Source: the human T2T-CHM13v2.0 reference genome, Homo sapiens. From it: DNA of 64,000 nt. Where the stretch lies: NCBI RefSeq assembly GCF_009914755.1, contig NC_060931.1. One strand, given 5' to 3'. Positions 38,668 to 53,877 of the stretch are shown one piece after another. Within the stretch, counting starts at the first letter, position 1. The number at the start of each line of letters is the position of its first letter. Made by a program: the position numbers and the translations under genes. The notes under the pieces are model-generated. The model made no database searches, was not told the DNA's origin, and was given only the letters and a program-made list of their open reading frames with translations.

Positions 38668-39039
38668 TGTTACAATAAAAGCTTGAGGCAAATTTAATTT
38701 AGCAAAATATAATTCAGCAGAGAACTATTCCCAAATCAGGCAACCCTCAGAACCAGAGAGCTTCAGAGAGCTCACTTAAAAACATGGGCTGGAGCATTTA
38801 TGAACAGAAAATGCAAGTGAGGTACAGAAATGGCTTGATTGATTACAGCTTGGGATTTGCCTTATTTGAAGATGATCTGATTAGTTGGCCACCTGTGACT
38901 GACTGAGACTCAGCTATTTGGTTACAAAAGTTTAATTCTACTGTTAGGCTTTCCGTTAGCTTATATAGTAAATGAAGTTGCAATTCCTTGGTAAGGACTT
39001 AAGGAGCAGAGGCATCTTCAGCCCAAATTTAGTTTAACA
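38668..39039 (-). mobile_element. ERV1 solo LTR (MER57-like)
   Basis: TGTT...AACA termini; the right end gaggcatcttcagcccaaatttagtttaaca resembles the reverse complement of the recalled MER57 5' end. Confidence 0.65.
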
Positions 39040-39758
39040 TTAAGTTATAGAAAAAACAAGCCAATTTTCTTTGGTTATCTTTGATTTCAGCTTTAAAAAT
39101 CTGCTACCAAATAATTTGATAAAGGAAAGTAACATTTTAAAGTAATTATTTCTGATTTTGACTATCTTCTATAACTCAGAAAACTGTTCTTTAGGATATA
39201 GTAACAAAAATTGAGTGAAATAACACGAAGCCTTGTATTTTGACTATTTTAGGATTTTTAAGGTATGAGAGAATTATGTAGCCCTTTTTTAATAGGAGGA
39301 TGCTTACCATCTTGGGATTGAATGCCTGCTAGACAGAGAAATTATGGCCTTTCCATATGTCTCAAATAACTGCCACATAGAAAAACGATTGTATATTCAT
39401 GATTGTGGAATCATCATTTGATAGGAGATGCTGTTTTCTTGTTACAAAGTCTGAACACCTGCATAGGAGTTGACTGTAGGGAACAGCTTAGGATTCCTCA
39501 GAGTGGACTTGTCTGTTATCTCATTGTATCCTTAGCTCATGTTACCAAGTACAGGAGAAGAAAATACAAAGTATATTGTATATTCTTTTTGTGAATAACA
39601 AGGAATTTGAAACAGATAATCAAATCTTAAATTAACATTACCAAGCAATGATTTTTGTTTATGTGTTTATTTCTGAAGAGGATTTTGCTGACCCAGAATT
39701 AGAATTATGCTTTGAGACAGTTTTCCCAGTGTTATTGCTCATGAACAATTAGTATGTA

Positions 39759-40966
39759 GAGTCATGTCCTGCATAATGATGCTTTGGTCAATAACAGACC
39801 ATGTATATGATGGTAGTCCCATGAGATCATAATGGAGCCGAAAAATCCCTATCACTTAATGATGTCATAGCATTGCTCACATGTTGATGGTGATGCTGAT
39901 GGAAGCAAACCTGTGTTGCCAGTCATATAAAAAGTATAGCACATACAATTATATATGATACATAATACTTGAAAATAAAACAATAATAAATCACTATGTA
40001 TTTACTATTAATCATTATTTTACTTTATTTTTAAATGTATTATACTTTTAATTATTTTATTTTAATCATTATTTTAGAATAAGGTTAACTGTAAAACAGG
40101 CTCAGGCAGGTCCTTCAGGAAATATTCCAAAAGAAGGCATTGTTATCACAGGAGATGACAGCTCCATGCATGTTATTGCCCCCGCAGACCTTCCAGTGGG
40201 ACAAGATGTAGAGGTGGAAGATAGGATCATTAATGATCCTCACCCTGTACAGACCTAAGCTAATGTGTGGGTTTGTGTCTTAGTTTTTAACAAAAAAAGT
40301 TTAAAAAGTAAAAAAATTAAAAATTAAAAAATAGAAGAAAGCTTATAGAATAAGGATATAAAGAAAGAAAATGTTTTTGTATGGCTGTACACTGTGTTTA
40401 AGTGTTATTACAGAAGAGTCAAAAGTTAAAAATGCAAAAGTTTATGAAGTAAAAATGTTACAGTAAACTGTGCTGGGATTACAGGCATAAGCCACTGCAC
40501 CTGGCCAAAAGGAAAATATTTTTTATAAATTCAGCGTAGCCTAAGTGTATAGTGTTTATAAACTCTATAGTAGTGTACGGTAATGTCTCAGGCCTTCACA
40601 TTCACTCACCACTCACTCACTGACTAAACCAAAGCAACTTTCAGTCCTGCCTACCTTGTTTACAATAAGTGCTCTTATACAGGTATACCATTTTTTGTCT
40701 TTTATACTGTATTTTTACTGTATATTTTCTATGTTTAGATACACAAATACTTACCATCATGTTACAATTGCTTTAAGTATTCAGTACGATAGCATGCTGT
40801 ACAGGTTTGTAGCCTAGGAACAAAAGGCTATACTGTATAGCTTAGATGCGTAGTAAGCTATACCATCTAGGTTTGTGAACCTACCCTCTGATGTTCACAG
40901 GATAATGAAATTGCCTAAGGACACATTTCACAGAACATGCCCCTTTTGTTAAATGACATGTGAGTG
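39759..40966. mobile_element. Tigger3b-like element (~1.2 kb)
   Basis: Degenerate TIRs with TA flanks; ends homologous to the 30522 MITE. Confidence 0.85.
40470..40506 (-). mobile_element. 37-nt Alu 5'-end remnant inside the Tigger
   Basis: gtgctgggattacaggcataagccactgcacctggcc. Confidence 0.8.
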
Positions 40967-41655
40967 TATGTCTGAGGTGGAATATCTGTGTGCAGGAGGG
41001 CCTTTTCCTCCTTGTGCTGCTATTATTTTGATGTCAGAACCATCCCTTGGACTGGTTGATATTGTTTTAAGCAATTAAATATATCATGTTCATGTTTAAG
41101 TGCCTTTGTTTTCCCTGTCTTCTAAATTTCTTCCATATCTTTACTCAGTAGGGCTCTGCATTCTTTATATGTTTTCATGATGATTCATTTTAGTGTCTTA
41201 ATAAAATTATATTTTGCCTCTATAGAAAAGATTATGAACTATGCAGTATGCTATGAGCTGTGATATAGTTCATGTATGCTTGAAAATGAATGTTTACTTT
41301 AGGACTTTATCACCATTCAGGATATATTGATTGCCTGGTGTGCAAGGAGCTGTGTGAGGTGAAAATGATAGGGTAATGGCAAGCTTGGAAAATGATATAG
41401 GTTTTCATGTTATGACCATTAGGAACAAGGAGTGGTTCACTTATCCCTTTAGAATATTTTTCATATTACTCTTTGAGATAGATTTAATGGGCGTCCCATG
41501 GAGAGAGGAGTGAAGGAAACTAACAGTTCTCAGCTTCAGGAATATTTATGGAATTATCAAGAACCCTAGAGGCAGCCATAATGGAGCCTTTTAAAAAGGC
41601 ACTATTTTATATTGTTAATTTTAATGAACTTTTTTGTTGTTGTTGCTTTTTTAAG

Positions 41656-41858
41656 GCAATGAATTTCCAAGGGAAGTTAAAGTATCTTCATGGACAGAAA
41701 AAGAAAGGGAAAGATGGATCAATACTTCCACCTCAGTTGGCTTTGTTTGCGATAGCTACTCCACTTCAGCCACCATCCATACTTGAAATCCGGACCAAAA
41801 ATTTTATCTTTAGAACCAAACACAAACTAGACTTCACACCTATTGGTTGTGATGCCAA
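41656..41858 (+). CDS. AHR: AHR exon 7 (end of PAS-A, start of PAS-B)
   Basis: ttttttaag| acceptor, CAA|GTAAGT donor; [14 protein letters not shown]...[18 protein letters not shown]; 203 nt. Confidence 0.98.
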
Positions 41859-42630
41859 GTAAGTGAGACTTTTTCACTTTTATTTTATTGGATGTACATT
41901 ATGTTTCAGTAAGTCTCTCTTAGCATGTAAAACATACAGTGTATGTAATATTGTTTATTATTAGATTGGCTATTATCGTACATTCTTCCAGTGTAGCCTT
42001 TTACAGTAAAATAATTTAATCAGGCTCACAAATCATCTTTTTAATTTTTGCAATACTTGTCTCAAATGATGATGTTCTTATATATTAGTAAGGTTTATTC
42101 TTCTGATGACATTTATGTTGGTTTGTTTTACATTTTTAAATGGCACAAATGTTATTTGATTTCTAGCCCCAGAAGTTTTAGTAACTTTCAGAAAATTGTG
42201 AGCAGGAGTCTGATATTAAACATTTATATCATATCAAACATATCAGTGCTTTTCTCCTTTCTAATGTGGGAATGCAGAGAGGTAATTAGAAAAACCTTCT
42301 TCCCTAAAAATAGATTATAAAAACATTCCAGATTTTTATTAAAGATGTTCTGTTACCCATACATCTGCTCTATTAGATTCATTTTTAGCATACTAATTTC
42401 CATGGATTTATTCAGGAAAAGAAAATAGGCTGAAACTGAAATTTGCAATCATAAGCAAAGAAGATCAGTTTACATGGATGTGTTTAATTTCACATCTACT
42501 TATGTGAAATTCTAAATGTGAACTAAAACATATTGCAGAAACTAGCGTAAAACCAATGAATTTATCTTGGTTATTTCATTTATGTTAAATCTTAATCCAT
42601 TCTTATTTTACCTTTTTTTATTTTAAACAG

Positions 42631-42740
42631 AGGAAGAATTGTTTTAGGATATACTGAAGCAGAGCTGTGCACGAGAGGCTCAGGTTATCAGTTTATTCAT
42701 GCAGCTGATATGCTTTATTGTGCCGAGTCCCATATCCGAA
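42631..42740 (+). CDS. AHR: AHR exon 8 (PAS-B)
   Basis: ttttaaacag| acceptor, GAA|GTAAGT donor; [36 protein letters not shown]; 110 nt. Confidence 0.98.
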
Positions 42741-43388
42741 GTAAGTTGTAGTTCCTTATGAACATGTCAGAAGAAAACGGCATATACTGTTGTACATGTT
42801 TCAAATTCTTACGTAATGTAAAGTGTTTAAGTAAAGTATATGGATAAACTTCTACTTAGTAACATATCATTATGATTAACCAGGGTTACACTCTTTGTTC
42901 ATTAACTTGTCTACACCTGCCATGTAGAAATATTGTTGTTTAGTTATTAAAAAATGACCATTTTGGCCCATGAAGTTTTGCTTGGGAATTTTTTAATTAC
43001 ATCGTTATCAATTCATAAATCTATGTTAATATTGTAACAATAATAGTGTTAATAATTCTAGTTTAAAATTATAAAGTATTAGGCTGTAGGAAAATATTCC
43101 CTATTTAAAATGAAAATAATTTTTTCCCCAACTTATGTTCTCTCTATACTTTCCTGTGTTACTAGAATTGTTTGGTACATAATCTTCCCTTTAACATTTA
43201 AAATAATAAATTTAAAACAACTCTGAAAAACTATTTCCATGCCTTTTATTATTTTTTGTTTAAAATTTATTGTCTTTGGGGATAAAGGAAATACATCCAG
43301 AACTATGTCACAAGAGCTTTGTTTTAGGAATAATCTTTACTATATTGATTTGGGGGTTTGATAATTTAATTTTTTAATTTTATTTTAG

Positions 43389-43530
43389 TGATTAAGACTG
43401 GAGAAAGTGGCATGATAGTTTTCCGGCTTCTTACAAAAAACAACCGATGGACTTGGGTCCAGTCTAATGCACGCCTGCTTTATAAAAATGGAAGACCAGA
43501 TTATATCATTGTAACTCAGAGACCACTAAC
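43389..43530 (+). CDS. AHR: AHR exon 9 (PAS-B/PAC; contains Val381)
   Basis: tattttag| acceptor, AAC|GTAAGC donor; [48 protein letters not shown]; 142 nt. Confidence 0.98.
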
Positions 43531-43859
43531 GTAAGCACAAATAATGTTTCCTGTTTTAACAGTTTTGTTTTCATAAGTCCTCTTATGTGAAAGCATAAAA
43601 ATAATTCAAGCAGACTTTAGTCTGTAAATAAAAATTGAAAAGTTTAATTCATCTAGAAAGAAGAGCACAGGTGAGAGACATTGAGAAGATAGAATTGACG
43701 AACTTGATTGAGAGCTACATGTGCAGAGCTATAGAAAGAATAATAAAACTCTAGGGTTTTATCTTGGGCATATGAAAGACACATGAAAAGCTAGTGTCAT
43801 TGGTAAAAAAGAAGAAAAATATAACAATGCTTTATTTAGAATATATTCTCTAAACCCAG

Positions 43860-45518
<1,659 letters not shown>

Positions 45519-45707
45519 CTTTTTACGTTTTTCTATGACATTTTTCTTTTATAAATTACATTTGTATCATTTACCTGTTTTTCTGTTGAGTTGTTTGCCT
45601 CTCTCTCAGACTCTATTGGAGCTCTTTATTATGGATATGAAATTTTATAAGTATATTAAATTATAAATACATTATGTTACAAATATTTTCTTTAAAAATT
45701 CTATTGC

Positions 45708-46004
<297 letters not shown>

Positions 46005-46087
46005 TTATTATGCCAATCTGTCTTTATAGCTGCTGGGTTTTATTATAGAGGTTAGTTGTTTCAGATTCTTAACTTTCTAATTCCTAA

Positions 46088-46399
46088 TTTTTTTATTTTT
46101 TTATTATTATTATTTTTGAGACAGGATCTTACTCTGTCACCTATGCTGGAATGCAGTGGCACAAATGTGGCTCACTGAAGCCTTAACCTCCAGGCTCAGG
46201 CAGTCCTCCTGCCTCAGACTCCAGAGTAGCTGAAGACTGTAGGCATGTGCCACCATGCCCAGCTAGTTTTTATTTTTTTGTAGAGGTGAGGGTCTTGCCA
46301 TGTTGCCCAGGTTTGTCTCAAAATCCTGGGCTCAAGCAATTCACACACATCAGCCTCCCAAAGTGCTGCAATTACAGGCATGCACCACCATGCCTGGCC
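46088..46399 (-). mobile_element. AluJ
   Basis: Diverged reverse Alu with (TTA)n tail. Confidence 0.9.
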
Positions 46400-46729
46400 C
46401 CTAAATTCTCGTAGTCTGTTTTTATGTGTAGATATTTATTCCACACAAATTTATTATTTTTTTCTTTTTTTGCAGGGTGTCAGGTAGGGATGTAACCTGA
46501 CCATGGAATTAACTAAGTTATTTTTTAAAAATTAAATCATTTAAATATGCTTGTCTGAAAAACAATTTTATAGCACCAGTCATGAGAATAATTGAGGTGA
46601 AAATAAAATATGTCCCTTTCTGAATTCAATTACAATGTATTTTGCTTTATGTTTTTCTTTTTTAAATTATTTTTATTTTAAAATGTTTGATAGAATTTTT
46701 TTCTAAGACTTTTTTGTACACAATTTTAG

Positions 46730-47972
46730 AGATGAGGAAGGAACAGAGCATTTACGAAAACGAAATACGAAGTTGCCTTTTATGTTTACCACTGGAGAAG
46801 CTGTGTTGTATGAGGCAACCAACCCTTTTCCTGCCATAATGGATCCCTTACCACTAAGGACTAAAAATGGCACTAGTGGAAAAGACTCTGCTACCACATC
46901 CACTCTAAGCAAGGACTCTCTCAATCCTAGTTCCCTCCTGGCTGCCATGATGCAACAAGATGAGTCTATTTATCTCTATCCTGCTTCAAGTACTTCAAGT
47001 ACTGCACCTTTTGAAAACAACTTTTTCAACGAATCTATGAATGAATGCAGAAATTGGCAAGATAATACTGCACCGATGGGAAATGATACTATCCTGAAAC
47101 ATGAGCAAATTGACCAGCCTCAGGATGTGAACTCATTTGCTGGAGGTCACCCAGGGCTCTTTCAAGATAGTAAAAACAGTGACTTGTACAGCATAATGAA
47201 AAACCTAGGCATTGATTTTGAAGACATCAGACACATGCAGAATGAAAAATTTTTCAGAAATGATTTTTCTGGTGAGGTTGACTTCAGAGACATTGACTTA
47301 ACGGATGAAATCCTGACGTATGTCCAAGATTCTTTAAGTAAGTCTCCCTTCATACCTTCAGATTATCAACAGCAACAGTCCTTGGCTCTGAACTCAAGCT
47401 GTATGGTACAGGAACACCTACATCTAGAACAGCAACAGCAACATCACCAAAAGCAAGTAGTAGTGGAGCCACAGCAACAGCTGTGTCAGAAGATGAAGCA
47501 CATGCAAGTTAATGGCATGTTTGAAAATTGGAACTCTAACCAATTCGTGCCTTTCAATTGTCCACAGCAAGACCCACAACAATATAATGTCTTTACAGAC
47601 TTACATGGGATCAGTCAAGAGTTCCCCTACAAATCTGAAATGGATTCTATGCCTTATACACAGAACTTTATTTCCTGTAATCAGCCTGTATTACCACAAC
47701 ATTCCAAATGTACAGAGCTGGACTACCCTATGGGGAGTTTTGAACCATCCCCATACCCCACTACTTCTAGTTTAGAAGATTTTGTCACTTGTTTACAACT
47801 TCCTGAAAACCAAAAGCATGGATTAAATCCACAGTCAGCCATAATAACTCCTCAGACATGTTATGCTGGGGCCGTGTCGATGTATCAGTGCCAGCCAGAA
47901 CCTCAGCACACCCACGTGGGTCAGATGCAGTACAATCCAGTACTGCCAGGCCAACAGGCATTTTTAAACAAG
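46730..47972 (+). CDS. AHR: AHR exon 10 (acidic, Q-rich and P/S/T transactivation domain)
   Basis: caattttag| acceptor, AAG|GTAAGG donor; 1243 nt; matches the 406-aa ORF 46773..47993. Confidence 0.98.
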
Positions 47973-49299
47973 GTAAGGGTGTTATCAAACTGAATTAAAT
48001 CTTTCAGTGATTCTTTTTACCTTATAGACATGTTACACATTTTTTATGTCAGCTGATTTTAATCGGTTATCTACAGCATTCATGGAGACAGCATTTTTTA
48101 TTATATCTGTGACTACCTTTTTTTTTTTTACAAGCCTGTACTTTTTCCAGTATGTTACTAATATATCATTCACCTGATTCATGAGGGAGAAAGATATCAA
48201 GGAATGAAGCAACATGAATGTGTCCTTAATATAAGATGACCTAAATTACCAGGTGAAATTAGTTTTTAGAAGTATTTTGTTTAAAATAGATAATTTGGTT
48301 TATTCTTTCTGGATTCTTTAAAAATTATATGGCTATTTAAAAATTCAAGCTTTAAAAAACGTATTGCAATTTTTAAGAATAATTTCTTCAAAGCTCTATT
48401 TTTTTATATATGTTTGAAATTGAGTTAAACTCAAATTTAAGTGTGCTTTCTTACAATGCCTCTGAAACCCTAGATTAATTATATCCCTGGAATTCAGTCC
48501 TAGGCACCTCCATGTTCTCTAGCTATTCCTCCACATTACCTCCCCTATCCTCATCTCATCCTTTAAGGTAGAATGGCTTTCTTTTCTGGCTTTCTTAAAA
48601 GAGGTAACTCAGCTGGCTTTCTGTCATGGAAATCAAGCTTGATAGTGCATTTTTGTTGTTTAAATGTGTCATCAGAATCCGTCTGGCAGTGAGCACACTT
48701 TAAATCTAAAAATGATCACTTAAAAAAAAAAAGTTAACATAATGTCAGTAACTGCTGTCTCTGGCCACTCAGGAATACATCATGTTTGCATTTATGCTTT
48801 TTCCATTAGAAAATATTTAGTTCATTTTAAAGTATATTTAAGTTTAGTTTTAAAGAATATCTTGACTAAAATTAAGCTCCTTGACCCCTGTTTACTCTGT
48901 ATTAGAGTATAATAATTAAAAGTATGACCTGAAGCTTTATCTTTAATTGTATTTTCTGGCTTTTTCATACATTTTGCTTGTCTAATCGTATATGAGCTTT
49001 TTAATAGAAAAGGACAGTGAAAATTTTTCTTATTCCTTACATCCTTCAATTATATTAAAATTGAATAATATTCAGTTATAGTCCGTCTCACAAAATTGCT
49101 ATGAAAGTATATTTTACTCTTGAGTAAAGCAAATTGTACAGAAGTTAATTCTGTAAAATTACATTTTGAATAAGGAGTTGCATGAGTACCACATAAGTTC
49201 TTTGCAGTGTTTTCCCCTCACTACTTTTCACTGCTTCTTTGTAAATAACCAAATAATTCTATAGACCTACATATGTTCCAGAGTACATGTTATTGAGCT

Positions 49300-49612
49300 A
49301 AGACACTCAATATTGAGCCACTGAGTAGCTGTTCAGCACTTGAAATGTGGCTAGTCCAAATTGAGATGTGCTGTGTGAAGTACACATTGGATTTTTGGAT
49401 TTTGAAGACTTGGCTTGAAAAAAGAATGTAAAATATCTCATCTTTTATTATTGATTTCATGTTGAAATGATTAGTTTTTTCAGTAGCCGCATTACAAAAG
49501 TAAAAAGAAACAGGTAAAATTAACTTTAGAAATGTATTTTATTTAATCTACTGTAGCCAAAAATTTAAGTTCTGTATGTGGCTCACATTATATTTCTATT
49601 GGATTACACTGC
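49300..49612. mobile_element. MER3/MER33-type hAT relics
   Basis: agcacttgaaatgtggctagtc...; gtggctcacattatatttctattgga. Confidence 0.65.
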
Positions 49613-50664
49613 TGTGTACAGTATGTTTAAAGAGAATGGTGACATGAATTGTGTTATGAGTAATGAGAAAAAATCATTTTAAACTCACCATTATCTGGCC
49701 AGGTAATACTAACTTTTTATTTAAAGAATTTACAGTGTTGCCATTCATTGAAGATACAGGTTATATGATTTTTACTATAGATTTTATATATGTTTTGGAG
49801 GATCTGTGAAGTAATTAACATTTTGATTACTGAAGCCAGTTATGTAGGCTTTACAAAGGTAGATTTTATTTGAAGCAATTAAGGATATGATTTTAATCTG
49901 TTTTAAAGTTTCCAGAACGTCCACTAACTAAAATATAAAGGCTCTGTAATCTATAAAACTCTACAGAGCTATACATCTTCATGTCCTTCCTTTTTATTTT
50001 TCTTTTTTCTACTAGCAGTTATAGAAACCAGATTCATTGCAGTGTAAGAAAACAAGACAGAGCATTTTCTTTTGGTAACTTGATTCTGTAATTAGAACTA
50101 TGCTTTCAGTAGTATTCATTAATTAAAAGTATATTATGAATAAGAAATCGGTTAAGAAAATCATACCTGTGGTGTAATATTTTAGGAATATTTAGAAACA
50201 TTTAGAAAATCAGAAGCTGCCTTTTTTGGAAAAGTTTTGCATTCCAGTGTAAGATTCCTGAATATAATCAATTCATTGATACCTATAACTTCAAACCTGG
50301 TCAAAGCAAACCTACTTATGATAGAGAATATTTAACTGTAATTTGTGACTTGTGCTGTTTGACCCATCAATTCCTACCTGACCCAAAGGCAATCTGAAAT
50401 GAGACAGCTGCATCACTCATCTGTACCATGTTCAAAATTTCCTGTCAAATTAATGGAAAAACAGGTTATAAATGCAACTAATACATAATATGTCCTCAGT
50501 ATGTCTTCACTGTGTGAAAGATTTAAAATTTAGCAACAGTAAAGGAACTTGAAGTTTACAACTCTCAGGGGTAAGATTTTAAAAATACATGTTAATGTTA
50601 TTTACTGGCTTAAGATACTTGGAAGATCTATTCCAATAAGTTGCATCACCATTTTTGTTTTCAG

Positions 50665-50808
50665 TTTCAGAATGGAGTTTTAAATGAAACATATCCAGCT
50701 GAATTAAATAACATAAATAACACTCAGACTACCACACATCTTCAGCCACTTCATCATCCGTCAGAAGCCAGACCTTTTCCTGATTTGACATCCAGTGGAT
50801 TCCTGTAA
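50665..50808 (+). CDS. AHR: AHR exon 11 coding part ([14 protein letters not shown]...DLTSSGFL*)
   Basis: gttttcag| acceptor; TAA at 50806-50808; completes the 2547-nt CDS. Confidence 0.97.
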   Translation, partial: FQNGVLNETYPAELNNINNTQTTTHLQPLHHPSEARPFPDLTSSGFL

Positions 50809-52221
50809 TTCCAAGCCCAATTTTGACCCTGGTTTTTGGATTAAATTAGTTTGTGAAGGATTATGGAAAAATAAAACTGTCACTGTTGGACGTCAGCAAG
50901 TTCACATGGAGGCATTGATGCATGCTATTCACAATTATTCCAAACCAAATTTTAATTTTTGCTTTTAGAAAAGGGAGTTTAAAAATGGTATCAAAATTAC
51001 ATATACTACAGTCAAGATAGAAAGGGTGCTGCCACGGAGTGGTGAGGTACCGTCTACATTTCACATTATTCTGGGCACCACAAAATATACAAAACTTTAT
51101 CAGGGAAACTAAGATTCTTTTAAATTAGAAAATATTCTCTATTTGAATTATTTCTGTCACAGTAAAAATAAAATACTTTGAGTTTTGAGCTACTGGATTC
51201 TTATTAGTTCCCCAAATACAAAGTTAGAGAACTAAACTAGTTTTTCCTATCATGTTAACCTCTGCTTTTATCTCAGATGTTAAAATAAATGGTTTGGTGC
51301 TTTTTATAAAAAGATAATCTCAGTGCTTTCCTCCTTCACTGTTTCATCTAAGTGCCTCACATTTTTTTCTACCTATAACACTCTAGGATGTATATTTTAT
51401 ATAAAGTATTCTTTTTCTTTTTTAAATTAATATCTTTCTGCACACAAATATTATTTGTGTTTCCTAAATCCAACCATTTTCATTAATTCAGGCATATTTT
51501 AACTCCACTGCTTACCTACTTTCTTCAGGTAAAGGGCAAATAATGATCGAAAAAATAATTATTTATTACATAATTTAGTTGTTTCTAGACTATAAATGTT
51601 GCTATGTGCCTTATGTTGAAAAAATTTAAAAGTAAAATGTCTTTCCAAATTATTTCTTAATTATTATAAAAATATTAAGACAATAGCACTTAAATTCCTC
51701 AACAGTGTTTTCAGAAGAAATAAATATACCACTCTTTACCTTTATTGATATCTCCATGATGATAGTTGAATGTTGCAATGTGAAAAATCTGCTGTTAACT
51801 GCAACCTTGTTTATTAAATTGCAAGAAGCTTTATTTCTAGCTTTTTAATTAAGCAAAGCACCCATTTCAATGTGTATAAATTGTCTTTAAAAACTGTTTT
51901 AGACCTATAATCCTTGATAATATATTGTGTTGACTTTATAAATTTCGCTTCTTAGAACAGTGGAAACTATGTGTTTTTCTCATATTTGAGGAGTGTTAAG
52001 ATTGCAGATAGCAAGGTTTGGTGCAAAGTATTGTAATGAGTGAATTGAATGGTGCATTGTATAGATATAATGAACAAAATTATTTGTAAGATATTTGCAG
52101 TTTTTCATTTTAAAAAGTCCATACCTTATATATGCACTTAATTTGTTGGGGCTTTACATACTTTATCAATGTGTCTTTCTAAGAAATCAAGTAATGAATC
52201 CAACTGCTTAAAGTTGGTATT

Positions 52222-52227
52222 AATAAA
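52222..52227 (+). terminator. Candidate proximal poly(A) signal upstream of the 3'UTR Alu pair
   Basis: AATAAA followed by a GT/T-rich tract (ttaggttttttt at 52261). Confidence 0.4.
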
Positions 52228-52242
52228 AAGACAACCACATAG

Positions 52243-52763
<521 letters not shown>

Positions 52764-52778
52764 TAAAATACAATTTTT

Positions 52779-53070
52779 GGCCGGGTGCAGTGGCTCACGC
52801 CTGTAATCCCAGCACTTGGGGAGGGCGAGGAGGGTGGATCACGAGGTCAAGAGATGGAGACCATCCTGACCAACATGGTGAAACCCTGTCTCTACTAAAA
52901 ATACAGAAATTAGCTGGGCATGGTGGCGTGAGCCTGTAGTCCTAGCTACTCAGGAGGCTGAGGCAGGAGAATAGCCTGAACCTGGGAATCGGAGGTTGCA
53001 GAGCCAAGATCGCCCCACTGCACTCCAGCCTGGCAATAGACCGAGACTCCGTCTCCAAAAAAAAAAAAAA
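52779..53070 (+). mobile_element. AluS (Sc-like) in the AHR 3'UTR (sense)
   Basis: Full Alu; exact TSD AAAATACAATTTTT. Confidence 0.95.
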
Positions 53071-53871
53071 TACAATTTTTATTTCTTTTACTTTTTTTAG
53101 TAAGTTAATGTATATAAAAATGGCTTCGGACAAAATATCTCTGAGTTCTGTGTATTTTCAGTCAAAACTTTAAACCTGTAGAATCAATTTAAGTGTTGGA
53201 AAAAATTTGTCTGAAACATTTCATAATTTGTTTCCAGCATGAGGTATCTAAGGATTTAGACCAGAGGTCTAGATTAATACTCTATTTTTACATTTAAACC
53301 TTTTATTATAAGTCTTACATAAACCATTTTTGTTACTCTCTTCCACATGTTACTGGATAAATTGTTTAGTGGAAAATAGGCTTTTTAATCATGAATATGA
53401 TGACAATCAGTTATACAGTTATAAAATTAAAAGTTTGAAAAGCAATATTGTATATTTTTATCTATATAAAATAACTAAAATGTATCTAAGAATAATAAAA
53501 TCACGTTAAACCAAATACACGTTTGTCTGTATTGTTAAGTGCCAAACAAAGGATACTTAGTGCACTGCTACATTGTGGGATTTATTTCTAGATGATGTGC
53601 ACATCTAAGGATATGGATGTGTCTAATTTAGTCTTTTCCTGTACCAGGTTTTTCTTACAATACCTGAAGACTTACCAGTATTCTAGTGTATTATGAAGCT
53701 TTCAACATTACTATGCACAAACTAGTGTTTTTCGATGTTACTAAATTTTAGGTAAATGCTTTCATGGCTTTTTTCTTCAAAATGTTACTGCTTACATATA
53801 TCATGCATAGATTTTTGCTTAAAGTATGATTTATAATATCCTCATTATCAAAGTTGTATACAATAATATAT

Positions 53872-53877
53872 AATAAA
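53872..53877 (+). terminator. Distal polyadenylation signal AATAAA
   Basis: AATAAA with upstream TGTA and a downstream U/GU-rich tract. Confidence 0.75.

Noticed and set aside
46703-47988. Antisense and alternate-frame ORFs over exon 10
   Set aside because: Short shadows of the AHR coding exon with no independent support
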